A DNA stretch of 61,654 nt, the filler included, from Sphacelaria rigidula (lineage: Eukaryota): assembly GCA_964200075.2 (NCBI GenBank). It is 10 parts of 10 records of this genome, joined end to end, with 100 filler letters (N's around TTAATTAATTAA, not from the genome) between each part and the next. Parts side by side here need not be neighbours in the genome. Positions count along the whole stretch, not along the records: positions 37,055 to 43,129 come from CAXNAA020022404.1; positions 43,230 to 49,304 come from CAXNAA020022405.1; 8 more parts are not named here. The stretch is one strand, 5' to 3'. The notes beneath the pieces were generated by a model, which did not search any database, had not been told where the DNA came from, and worked only from the letters and a program-made list of their open reading frames with translations. Position 1 is the first letter of the stretch. Every line of letters begins with the position of its first letter. Positions 37,156 to 49,404 of the stretch are shown in pieces. A program made the translations under genes and the position numbers.

Positions 37156-38293
37156 GGGGATGTATGGTTGGCATACTATTACGGGGGAGCATTGTTACGA
37201 GCTGAACCAGCTTTAAACCGGCTAAAAGTTGCCCACATCACAGCTTTTCCAGTTTCCCGAATGAACCCGAGGTAAGCATGTCACTGTGAACTGCAGACCC
37301 ACCTGATGACAAAGGACTGCGCAGCTGTTCGATTAGCGTCGTATTGCCGATGACGTTATTGTACTGCATACAGTACGGGGTGCGCTGATATCGTTGAGCG
37401 ATAGCGTGTCGGAGTGCGTTTTTTTTATTTTTATGCGATGGGTTCATGTCCGCAATCACCCCGCACTAGATATATGTGGGGTGCAGCAGCGTCACGCAAA
37501 ACGTTGCACGCACGGCCCAATTCGACGACTCTTGAGCTCAAATTTCAAGAAACTCTTCTGCACCCAAGGAAATGATACACTGCGGGAGCAGCAGCACATT
37601 CTCGATTTTTTCCTGGACTTGTGACAGCATCTTGTTTTTACTGAAAGTTCAAATCGCCATACCTTCCTCTTTTTTCCCCTTCTTCTCTTTGCTACTCTCG
37701 TCATATTCTGCATGTCGATCATAATGAGCTGCTGTCAAAATTTCAACGTCCAACTCCTAATTTTGCACCGTGCGTCGCCTGAACGAGAAAATTACCCTCT
37801 GTTGGCTGGTCCACCTCGTGGTACGATTAGACACGTGAACGGACGTAACTCGAGCGTTTATGGGTCGATTTTAACTAGGATGAACCGCAAGGTATCTGCG
37901 GTCAGCGGCCAGTGACCAAACAAAATGCACGCAAGAAATTAAGACCCATTTCGTGATTTTTTCCTGTTGGCGTGGCTCCAATCCTGTGTACTACTTTTGT
38001 GATACTCCTACTAATAACCCTTTTGAGACCGGGCCTTCAAAACGACCGGTCAGGCTGCTTAGCAATGATGTGTCTGGCGTCTGCACAAAACAGTGGCGTG
38101 TTGCTGAAAATCTGCGTATGTAACCGCAGGGTTATGACGAAGACTGAAAGTTTCATCCAATCTATTTTCAGGTGCAGGGTGCGCATTAGGTAGCGTACAT
38201 TTGATGTAGCAAACGGTGTCGGTCGCGGTAGAGAGCTTCCAGCAGGATCCGGCGACCGGCGGGCCGCCCGCCACTTGTGGCTTTGGATTATTC

Positions 38294-40075
38294 CACACCC
38301 TGGACAATACAGTATGTCTCTATATATATATTGGTACCTTGGGCTGCACACGTATTGCGCGCCCAAAAATATTGATGTCGTGGGACTGCACACATATTGC
38401 TCGCCCAATGTATATATTGGTACTGTGGGTTTGGACACATATTGTCCCATCACTATATTGGGGCAGCGTGGGCGACAGCATATTGCACGACCAATACATA
38501 TTAGGGTCGCATTGGTGAGAACATATTGACCGGTCAATATATATTGGATATTAGAAGTATAGCGTACGTTTCAAGAAAGATCCAGACACGATGGATGCCG
38601 GAGCCCGTGCAGATTGGGAAAAGCTTCGAAGGGAGCCGCAGAAGTTCGCGTGCATTACTACGGAGAGTTTAGTTGAATGCGTTTGACATGTATACATATA
38701 TATATATATATATACTGGTCAGAAAATATGGCGACAAGAGAGGCGATCCGGTATATATGCCTCCTGATTACCATTTGGCCACCGGTGCGGGGCCGCCCAT
38801 ACCCTCCACAGGATGAAATTAATATATCTTGACTAAACATCACGATGACAGAAAACGCGGGTCGATATGGGCCTTTTGGTACCCCTGTGATTACCGGGGC
38901 TGTGTTGCTTATACCCTGGACAACAGTCGCAAAATGCCTATAATGTATGCACTACACTTCTCGTCTATTTCATCTATTGACCATATATTGTCCAGGGTGT
39001 GACATGTTCCAATATAATACCAATACTTTGTATTGGAGCCAGCGCAAATTTTGTCCTTTCAAAATATTTTGTGTTGAGATGTCCTTGAAGACTTTGAAGC
39101 AACAACATGTATTGCTCGTGTCATGATAATGAATTAATGTATAACAATACATATCGGACATGCATTTGCTCCGAGAATTAAACATTTAGTGTATATTGCG
39201 AATGCTGGCCGTGTATGTATCGAAGTGTCAAAATATAATGAGTCGAAGCGATGCGTAGCATATTGTTGCCATAATATATATTGCACACGTTCATCGCATA
39301 GCTACTGTGCAGCCAGTATATATTGAACACGCAAACGGAGGAATATACTAAGCGTTTTCGGCAGATGGTGATACATCTTTGAATGGCGCCCGCGAACATA
39401 GAACTGCCCACCATACTTATTCCAATACACTTTCCAATCTACATGTTGAAAGTTAATATATATATATATATATGTATTGCTACACGAATATGTATTGTGA
39501 CCGTCGGTTCCCTCGTGTATCGTTCGCCCAAAATATATTGGACGCATTGTCGTTCGCACGACATATTGGGGCGGCAATATGTATTGGCGCTTCGGGTGTT
39601 AAGTATATTGAATCATCAATATACACATATATTTGTGCCGTCTCGCACCAACATATTACTCGGCCAATATATATATTGAGGTGGCGCGTGTCGTGATATA
39701 TTGTTCGGTCGATATATATTGCATATGGCGAGTCTTGGCATATTGATGGCACAATATATACCGTAATTGTGCGAGGCACCGCACACCCCCTGGACCGAAT
39801 TTCAAAGCTCGATTATTCCATGACGAAGAGGGTGTCAATACCAAACGACGCGTTTTCGGACACTTATCGACGAGATCTTTCCAGCGTCACCCTTTTCGGA
39901 ACTGATGCTCTTCTTGTTGTCGAGTAATCGAGCTTTGAAGTTCGGTCCAGGGGATGTGCGATGACTCGCACAATTACGGTACTGCGCCTCTCTCGTGCCA
40001 TCATATTGCTCGCCCAATATATACTGACCAAATGACGTGTTGACATTTTTAGCATAGTGTACTGTCTAGGGTGTG
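38294..40075. mobile_element. Non-autonomous TIR element rich in ATATATTG/CAATATAT motifs
   Basis: CACACCCTGGACAATAC ... GTACTGTCTAGGGTGTG; flanks gattattc/gattatat (6/8); internal end copies at ~38912 and ~38985-39001. Confidence 0.65.
39761..39979. mobile_element. Nested Tc1/mariner-type MITE, 219 bp
   Basis: TA|CCGTAATTGTGCGAG ... CTCGCACAATTACGG|TA with ~60-bp imperfect arms. Confidence 0.85.
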
Positions 40076-42969
40076 GATTATATCGTTGTCCCCATCACCT
40101 TGCCACACAGTCCTTTGTGGTCGGGGTGGGCCGCCATTTTCTCCTTCGTTGTATGCGGCAAAGTCTCTACGAAGGGTATCAGCGTTGCGGCGCGCATGCA
40201 TACACAGCGTTGCGCCAAACCTTTTTTTTCCGGAACAGAATCTTACCACTTTCCCCTCTAGTGCGCACTCCTGCAGCGCATAACACCAGATATAGCGACG
40301 TGGAACTGTTGACTGTGGTTCGCACAACATATGAGCAAATCGTTAGTGCCTCGCAGTGGCTACAGTGCGCGTAGGGCCGTGCGTCGTGAACTGCGCAGCT
40401 GTACAGACTGTGCCGATCGGTACACTACAGATGGTCATGATCCAGAGAGGGTCGCAGTACAGACCGGTGTCACTTTTCTACCACATCGGCCGCCCAGCCG
40501 CGCTAAATTTCCAAGTTTGTGCATCTGCGCGTGCACATATGCATTTACCTATAGTGCGCAAAGTCTGGGCAGCTGCATGGTCGATTGGAGAGCGCATGGA
40601 CGGCATTCCCCTTAATCGGTTGGGGCCATGTTGAACGATGCTCCCCGGCCCAATCACGCGGATGCTTTGGGCATATGTTGCCTGTGTTGTGCCCAACCAG
40701 TGTGCAAAGTTTCATGATGGAACACGCAGTCACAGGCGAGAAATCCACAACTCAAGTTGCATTGAAAAATTGTGGTTCACCGTATGAAAGTACTCAGATA
40801 AACATGAGATACGGTTACGCCCTAATTACGCTGCATAACATATGCGATTACGTGGATTACGGTACGGGTACTGTCTGTAGACCGCACATTGCATCAGCGT
40901 ATTACACTGCACTTTACTCAGTGGTCATGACGGAGTTTTCAAATTTCAAACCCATCACCTGCGCCGCCTGGAAATTTATACAATGATTATTATATGCGAA
41001 AATCGGCTTACATTTGACTTTTTTTTTTTCTTTTGGCGCAACACTGTACAACAGTATAGTACAGTACAGTGTAGTACGCCTCTCCGACTGCAGCAGCAGC
41101 CGCCGCTGCATACTTCCTTGAATGTTCTGGGCAGCTACCGAGATCAACTGTCTATATACCGCTTCTTCATCCCCACCTACTACATACACGTTAACTGCAC
41201 ACTGTAAGTCATCGGCAGAGGGATAACCAGAATTCATGGCGGTAGCTCCTTTCATCTTCCCACGGCCCACCTGGGCCTAGTGCCGCGTGAAAATGACCAC
41301 ATGGTAGCATGTACACCCATTCCCGATTTTTCCCGCTCCACCCTGTGTTAGTGTAATTACTACGTTATAGTATATAATTGTGACCCAGAAAGGCCTCCGG
41401 AAAAACTCGGGAACGCTATACTGAGTGCAAGTAATACCCTAAAACCAAGTTCCTACCGCCCTGCACTTGGAAAGCTGGGAAGGCTTATTTGCGCCAGGGA
41501 TAGGGTCCCTACACGATATTTGCAGTGGCATCACACTCGACAACGATCCCCACGGTGGTCGTTTGGGTCTGGTCGATAAATTTCGCCTCGCCGTACTTGG
41601 GCAGGTCGCTCCAAGATTATTTTTTTTTATTCACCAACACAGGGTCAACCCTGTGTTAGTGAGGGGTCGGTCCCAAAAGGGTTATTAACAATGTTCCGCC
41701 GTAATAAACGATACCGAAATATGTACCAAACATTCCGGTATGCATACTCTGTCGGGCGGCCTCAACAGCTCTCATGTAGCCTCCGGTACTACATGAATTT
41801 CGATATGCCAGAGGCTCTGACGTCCCATGAACGTTCTCCTCGGCCTCTGGTATGGCGTGGGAGTAGTCGCGACACTGTGCACCATCCCATTGATAGCCGT
41901 CAAGCCCACTTGTCCGACTCGCTAGGCTCCGAGGTCTCAAAATGGGCCACTCAGCAAAAGTCCGACCGCAAATTGAAAATGAGAGACGACGTGGATATTC
42001 TGCGAGTTCGTGTTCGGGATATTCCTGTCTCTTGTTGTTCAGTCTCTATTTGCGCAGGCTCTGGGGAGGATCTCTTTGAAGAGCATCGGGAAAGTAGATC
42101 TATTTGGGGTCGACTCCCAGTCCATGTGACATTTCAATTACCGCATTTGCGGTTACTACACTGTGTACACACCACTGCGTAGCAAGGACGTCATCGAGGT
42201 TGCACCCCGGGACCGGTTCGCGGTTCGGGCCAAGCGGTTTAACCCCGATAGCACCCACCGTCATACAAGTGCATTTCTGCTTTTTTTCAGACGGCGTAGT
42301 TGGATAGTATTCATCTTGGGCCGGAGGTTCGTGGAATTTTCCCGTCTGCTACCCCCAGCAGTCGATTGAGCAGGATGAACTCACACACGTTGGCACACAC
42401 AACCAACACGCATAGGACATCCGTGGTGAGCTGACCCTCCTCACAAAGACCAGCTTCCATCCGCTGCTGTTTGCTGCCGAGCCGAGGGCATACACAGCCC
42501 ACAAAACCCCGAAAAACGCCTAAAACGCCTTCTTGACCATATTAGCCTGCTACAATGCTTTGTGTGAAACAAAAAAGCGCGAAATTTGGTTTAGTGCCCA
42601 GACGTCCCAGAACATCCTCGTCGACAATATCGTCATCCTCCACGGGACTGTCAGGTCTCATTGCAGGCCACGGGTGCTACAACGGTGAATTTTCACCATA
42701 TGTTGAACGACCGTATGTCAACCCTTTGTACCCTCGACAGAAAGATCCGGCACTCCCAAACCGATCGGCCATGACCCACTCCCTCGATTTTCACAAGAAT
42801 CTCATTATGTGTGAGGCCTAATTAGGGGGAGTATACTCATTTTTTGAGAGTGGTGGTACCCTCCGAATACCATGGATGATGGCGACAGTAAGAGTTGTAC
42901 CAGTATGATTTCTGCCGGAATTTGAGTCAGGCTTCCCAACGTAATGAGGGCCAGAATGGTCGAGGTGCT

Positions 42970-43129
42970 CTAAGGAGTAGGACCGACCGGTGCTCCGTCT
43001 CGAAAGGGATGCGTATTCAATGGTCAAACGACTAAGGCAAGCAACAAATGAGTACGCCCCCCCCCCCCCCCCCCCCCCCCCCCAACCCCGGCGCACGGCG
43101 GGGCGGCGCCGCCGTGTTGTTGTCCGAAC
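42970..43129 (-). repeat. G-run module repeat at contig end
   Basis: Reverse complement of the 24445-24530 module, followed by poly-C. Confidence 0.85.
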
Positions 43130-44798
43130 NNNNNNNNNNNNNNNNNNNNNNNNNNNNNNNNNNNNNNNNNNNNTTAATTAATTAANNNNNNNNNNNNNNN
43201 NNNNNNNNNNNNNNNNNNNNNNNNNNNNNTACTAGACACGGGGTTTTATCAACGAGAAAATGTGGGCCCAAAGTTTGAGCAGATGGGCACATTCCCCTTG
43301 GTTAGACGATTAATACGATATGCGGGTCACGGTCCAACTCGTCTGTGTAGATGAGATATTGCGTTTAGAGCTTAAATCCGCTTTCAGGCTGGCCCAGCTC
43401 GTAGCGTCGATAGTTTTGGCAAAATAAGCAAACCGTGCTCTAATCACAATCGCCCAAGTTGGTGTCGTGGGGGCGATACGGGGTAAAGACCCCGTTTATC
43501 AGGAGGGTGTTATTGACCGTAAATGGTCCAAGAAACATAGTTTTCCTGCTTTAGCGCAGTGACTAGGTGGAATTAAAAAAAACAATCCTTTTTGAGTCTT
43601 CACCTATATAATCCGGATCGAGTCGGTCCACCGAAAATACCGAAAAGCTGCCCCGTAGCCTGGGGTCGTATTTTCGCAGGACCCCTGAAGATCGGCTAAG
43701 CCCGTAAGTCACTCATTATTGATCGCAGATGATTTTTCTCTCAGTATTTGTCAAGAGGTATAAAATATCTCCGGACGCCCATTTTTTGGCATCCAACAGT
43801 CACTGTGATGAGTGGTGGCAAGCAAAACAAATTTGGACAATCTTTGAGAAACCAAGAAATTACGGATTCTGCATACTTCTGACGCTGACTACTGTAGCAC
43901 TAAAAAAAAGTTCTACCCCCTGGGAATGCACTATCTTGCCATTCCTTACCATTAAGCAAGCGAAAGGAGAAGGTATATGGGACGTTCTTACCGCATTCCA
44001 GCTCACAAGTTGAGAAGAGTTGAAAACTGCAGAGAGTTCAATATTTCACACCTCAGTACGCATGCAATGGAGGAAAAGTGCCAACCATCTGGTCAAAAAT
44101 ATGAGAGAGACGCGGGTTTTTTCGTCAGTACAGTAACTCCTCCGGTGAGGCACCACCAAAGCAGCCCCTACCAAAGCAGCCCCTAGTTGTGACGTGAAAG
44201 TACATACTAGGTTAAAGCAGAAGCTGAACAAGAGCACGATGAAAGTTGGTACCTAAACAGCCTTCATAACAGCCGTCGAAAAAGCGATACACCGGACAAG
44301 GGTTCATCATCGTCGAAAATGAAGTTCAAATTGTTGGGGCTCATATCAGGCTACATTCTGCGCCGTACCCCAATGAATCGATGACGTGACATTCCACGTC
44401 GACACACGTTCAACCTGCCGTCAGAATAAACAGCAATGTTACAAGCAGTGACTCTTGATTCCAAATCGGAACTGCCCATTACCCCTCCAAAAGATCATCC
44501 GGTCACATCTAGTATGGATGTAGCACCTGGATATTGTACGAAACAAAGCGGGGAAACAAGTGTAAAAATCTCTGGAATACCGAATACGATGAAGCCTTCG
44601 TGAAAAACTTAACAACTGATGACCGAGGCACCCGTCATTCATTTTACAGATTTCAACAAAGACTTGACGATAAGTCTCGATACGTCAGACCGAGGCGCGG
44701 GAGCGTACCGGTCTCAGAAGAAGGGCGATGGCGACGCAATCGTAGCATACTTCTGTCAACGTTTCAATGACGCTCATTGTAGCTACTCACCCACCATG

Positions 44799-45050
44799 GA
44801 CACTTTCTACGATAGCCCCCCCCCAGAAGTGCATGATTTTGGGAGGGAAAATCTTGATGTAAATTGCAATGGGAAAAGCCGAGCACAACGAGAAGCTGGG
44901 AATTCCAACGCTTGGGTTCGTTCTAGCCAATGTCGCCAATATGAGGCGCTTCATGGAGCCTGAACCCGAACATCAGGCGCTGTATGAGCATTTTTTCGTG
45001 ACAATTTCAGCTGGTTTTTTGGGTGGGGGGGAGCTATCGTAGAAAGTGTC
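44799..45050. mobile_element. 252-bp MITE with GAC..GTC ends and 4-bp TSD (possibly Sola-like), copy 1
   Basis: catg|GACACTTTCTACGATAGC ... GCTATCGTAGAAAGTGTC|aatg. Removing it restores RNase H YSPTMKECY. Confidence 0.9.
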
Positions 45051-45890
45051 AATGAAAGAATGTTATACCGTGATGCTAGCCATTCAGCATTCCAGATCTT
45101 TATGGCGCCGTCACTTTACGTGTGTAGCAAATCATGCAGCTCTTCGATATCTGTGTGCAATTCAAGATACGAGCAACATGTTGATCCGTAGGGCGTTCGC
45201 TTTACAACCATATGACTTCACGGTCAAACACAAACCGAAGAAATTGCATGTCATTCAGGACACCCTCTCATGACAATACCAGTTTCAAGTATCAGCTGAT
45301 AAACTCGACAATTTAAAGCCGGTACATAATAAAAGAGAGCTGTTCGCCGTGAAATCAGTATGCGTAAGTGCCACAAACGTTTTTATGTCAGTGGACCGCG
45401 AAAATATTGCGAAGAGAGCAAACACGGGAGTACGCACACCATGTGAGGGTTGCCACCGCCGAAAAAACGGCCCACAACCGGCCAAAACTTGCCGATGGGA
45501 CACGTTCCGGTAGAACGGCCATACGAAAGAGTGTCGGCAGACCTAGCCGAATATAAAACAGCTTCGATGTCAAACGCTGGAGTACTGTGTGAGTATGTAC
45601 TGTCCGTAATGGACCACCTCACAAGGTATGCTCTGCTTATTCTGGTACCGAATGAACAGGCCACGTCAATAGCCAAAACTCTCATCGATAGAGTTTTTAC
45701 TACATTTGGCATTCCGGAAAAGCGGCATTCTGATCAAGGAGCCGAATTTGAAACAAACTATTATGCGCACTGCAACAAGAGCTGGGTTTCAATGAAACTC
45801 GCACGACATCGTTACGCCCGCAAGGTAATTCAGTGTCGGAACGAATCCACTCCACTATGCACGCGATGTCAGCTGTGCACACATCGGTTG

Positions 45891-46147
45891 GAGTGATGCT
45901 ACGGTAGGGGTTCACAAATATTTTCTGGGGTTAGAATGGTGAGGAACTCTTTATCTCATACAAAACACGACTTATGAAAAAATGTGAGACTTCGCCAGGA
46001 CTACTACTCCAATGTGCTGGGGATATCCCGAATGAATTCGCAAACGGGGATGCCCTGACCCATATTCTCGTGCATCTAGAGTTGTTAGGAGCCCCTCAAC
46101 CAGACAAGATTTCCCGCAAAAAGTGCACCCCTACCGTAGCACTGCTC
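45891..46147. mobile_element. 257-bp Sola2-like MITE
   Basis: GTTG|GAGtgaTGCTACGGTAGGGGT ... ACCCCTACCGTAGCActgCTC|GTTG. Removing it restores integrase TSVGNKNWAPKLPFIQMAY. Confidence 0.85.
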
Positions 46148-47104
46148 GTTGGAAACAAAAATTGGGCACCCAAGCTTCCGTTCATCCAAATGGCGTACAA
46201 GACATCATAGCACAATACAGTACAGGAGACATCGTATTTGTTTTGTTCAGAAGACAGACCAGATTACCAATCGACATCATCCTCGGCATACCAGAGGAAA
46301 GCCAAGCTGCAACACCCGGATAATTTTCGAAAGGAGCACGGGAAAACCTACGGTTGGGCGAAATTGCGAGACAAGCTCTACGAGAAAGAGCGAACGAGCA
46401 AGAAAACAAGAACGACTTAAAACCCGATCAAAGGAACGCCTTTACCGACCATACTAGGACTCAGAAGGGCCGAACCCGAAACTCCATTTACGATGGAGAG
46501 GACCTTTCACGATTACCGAGAGACGATCGCCGGTTGTGTACAAAATCAAAGTAGGCGACGACTCTAAAGAAGTGTCAGTAAATCTCGCTCACTTGAACAA
46601 AATATCACCCTACGGAAACACCATCAGCACCAGTTTTCGATAAGTTGAGCGAGTTGTTCCGAGGCAAACGGATACCTCTACCAGAGATAGACCAAGCAGA
46701 CGAAATGTTGCTTAAAATAGAACGTTACGTGGCGGAAAATGTTGTGGGCCGCGCTTCAGGACCGGGTCGGATAAGTCTTCATAATTATAAAAATCGGTTG
46801 AGACTCAGAGGCTACGGCCCAGCCGCAGATCTAACCTATCGAGCTGATGAAAAACCACAATGCAAACATCTCATCGATAATTACCGTAATGACAATGGGT
46901 TAGCCGAGTGCTCACGTCCGGACTCGAAATCCAAAGACACCGGGGAACGAAAACGGAAGTGACTGTTGAACAGACTGTTCGAGCGTCCTAGCAAAACGCT
47001 TAAGGCTTGAGCAGTAGCCTGGGGTCATAATTCCGACATCAACGAGAATTAAACATGAAACGACGTTAAATCAATGCCGGCATGAACGGAATAGTATCTG
47101 ACAT

Positions 47105-47353
47105 GACACTTTCTACGATAGCCCCCCCCCCCAAAAGTGCATGGTTTTGGGAGGCAAAATCTTCACGTAAATCGAAATGGGAAAACCCGAGCACAACGAG
47201 AAGCTAGGAATTCCTACGCTTGGGTTCGTTCTAGCCATTGTCGCCAATATGAGGCGCTTCATGCAACCTGAACCCGAACATCAGGCGCTGGATGCCCATT
47301 TTTTTCGTGCCGTTTTTAGCTGGTTTTGGGGGGGGGCTATCGTAGAAGGTGTC
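47105..47353. mobile_element. Same GAC..GTC MITE family, copy 2
   Basis: ACAT|GACACTTTCTACGATAGC ... GCTATCGTAGAAGGTGTC|ACAT, perfect 4-bp TSD; body aligns with 44799-45050. Confidence 0.92.
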
Positions 47354-47446
47354 ACATGTTAGCGGTGACGGGGGTACAGCTTCCCAAGGAACAAGGACTC
47401 TGAGCAACGGGGAAAGTTGCAGATAAGAAGCAAGCGAGGGTCAATT

Positions 47447-47988
47447 TGACGATGTTTAGCCAAAAGAGCACATTGCTCACCGGACGAAAAACATCATACC
47501 CACCGCTTTGTTACTCACCCGAGGACTTTGCCCTACTCCGGTGTCAACGGAACCGAAGGCATTCCACAACCTGGATATGAATAACCCTGGCGCCCGTAGA
47601 CCGATCAGTGTCCCATTGCCCAGTCATGTATGAACAGCAGATGCAACCAGCACCAAAGTGCATGTGCATTTGATGGAAATATGTCACACATGACACCCTT
47701 ACATGACACAAAATGACAAGGAGCAAGGGTCATGCGACGATCTTTCGCCAAAAGAGCAAAATGCTCACCTGACGAAAAATCATACTCACCGCTCTGTTAC
47801 TAACGCGAGGGCTTTGTCCTACTCTGGTGTCAGTGGAACCGAAGACGTCCCAGAATCCGGGCATCAATAACCCAGGCGCCCGTGGACCGATAGTGTCTCA
47901 GTGCCCAGTCATGTATACCAGTAGACGCATCCAGAACCGAAGTGCAAACGCATCTGATGGAAATAGGTCACATATGACGATGACAAGA
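47447..47988 (+). repeat. Diverged direct duplication, ~288-bp period (possibly within an LTR)
   Basis: gacgat..gccaaaagagca..tgctcacc.gacgaaaaa at 47448 and 47736. Confidence 0.8.
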
Positions 47989-48786
47989 ATTAATTTACCA
48001 AAATTGGAAGGTATTCAAATGCATGCACTGCTTTTGACCACGGGTAGCTAAACTGTACGGGAGGTGTTTGATCAATGCCACAGTATAGAGAAGGGCTACC
48101 TTTGCGATTAATAGTGGCGAGACTGAATCAATGGTCATCACCCAGAGAGGCTTCCACGTATACATCATCACCGAAGCCGATGATCGCCTCGTCCCACCAG
48201 TCACAGTCCGGATGGGCTTGAGGCGCGTAAAAGGTGGGGAAGTGTGGAAGACACCTCTTTACGGTAACATATCAGAGATTAATTCTACAATAGTATGAAG
48301 AACAAGGGCATGCAGGTATAAGATAGAAACGGTCCGAAAGGACCAGATTACCGAGACTCCGTAATGCCAACGATACTATTCATAGACAACTCGCGGTGAT
48401 GCCAGGAAAAGCCGGATCTCAGGACGACCCTGCATCCCCCGAGGTAATGGATCACCCCACCGTAATCACCCCACTTCTTGCTTGCATATCACAAGAAGAG
48501 GAAATCATCACCAGCCTGGGAGTTCCTTCGGCATCAGGACGACATCTCCAATGACGGTCTCCTCCGTAGGTGTCTGTCTACCCTAGCGATACGCCTTGTT
48601 CTCATATGATCTCAAAACCCTACCCCCAATTAGGTAAGTAACCCTGGCAAAACCCGGGTGTAGAGTAATAATTGGGTATGGTTTGAATGCTCGTACCAAC
48701 AATTTGGGTAGAGTTGGGGACGATCTCAATACTCTCCCCAATATTCGAATATTTGAGTATGACATCAATACTCGACCCAATTATTC

Positions 48787-49249
48787 CAGGGGTCTACACG
48801 TTACACGTTCACGTTCACGTTACGTTACGCTCATCGCGTGAAAAAAACCCCGCTACGTTTGGTTACTTGTAACGTAATATGAAGCGTTTCATGGAACGTG
48901 TAACGTTCACCAATATAAAGTTTCGTCGACACGTGTAACGTTCGAGTGTAACGTATCATTCTGTGCATGTCGCGGCTCATTCACCAGTGTTTAAAGCGTT
49001 GTAACGTGTCCTGTAACGCGTGACGTTACCGTGTACGTGACGCTGACGGTGGCCCGTCGTATGTTTGAGCGTAGGCGCATTATCGGACTGTGTAACGTTA
49101 CTTTCTCCACAGTGTATCGTTCGTTCGTTTTTGACCGTAATATTTTCGTATCTCCTACTTTCTTCTCATCTTTCTGTTTTCGTTTTTCATGTTTCAATAT
49201 CCAAATGCTTGGTCATTCGTTCGACAGCTCATACTGTACACACAACATA
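48787..49249. mobile_element. ACGT-rich hAT-like element, third copy (partial, opposite orientation to 28102-29804)
   Basis: Starts CAGGGGTCTACACGTTAC; 49030-49240 matches the reverse complement of ~29140-29460; interrupted at 49250 by a TAACAGCCGAT terminus. Confidence 0.85.
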
Positions 49250-49404
49250 TAACAGCCGATTTTATATTTTGGGGTTCAAACAAAATATGGGGCTGAAGTG
49301 GCATNNNNNNNNNNNNNNNNNNNNNNNNNNNNNNNNNNNNNNNNNNNNTTAATTAATTAANNNNNNNNNNNNNNNNNNNNNNNNNNNNNNNNNNNNNNNN
49401 NNNN

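Larger units (their letters stand above)
43850..46962 (+). mobile_element. Highly degenerate Ty3/gypsy pol (RT remnants, RNase H, integrase, chromo-like tail)
   Basis: *IDDV at ~44375-44390; LDTSDRGAGA..IVAYFCQRF..YSPTMKECYTV..NHAAL; RPYERVSADL..VMDHLTRY..FGIPEKRHSDQGAEF; YVAENVVG..RLRLRGYGP. Interrupted by two MITEs. Confidence 0.88.
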
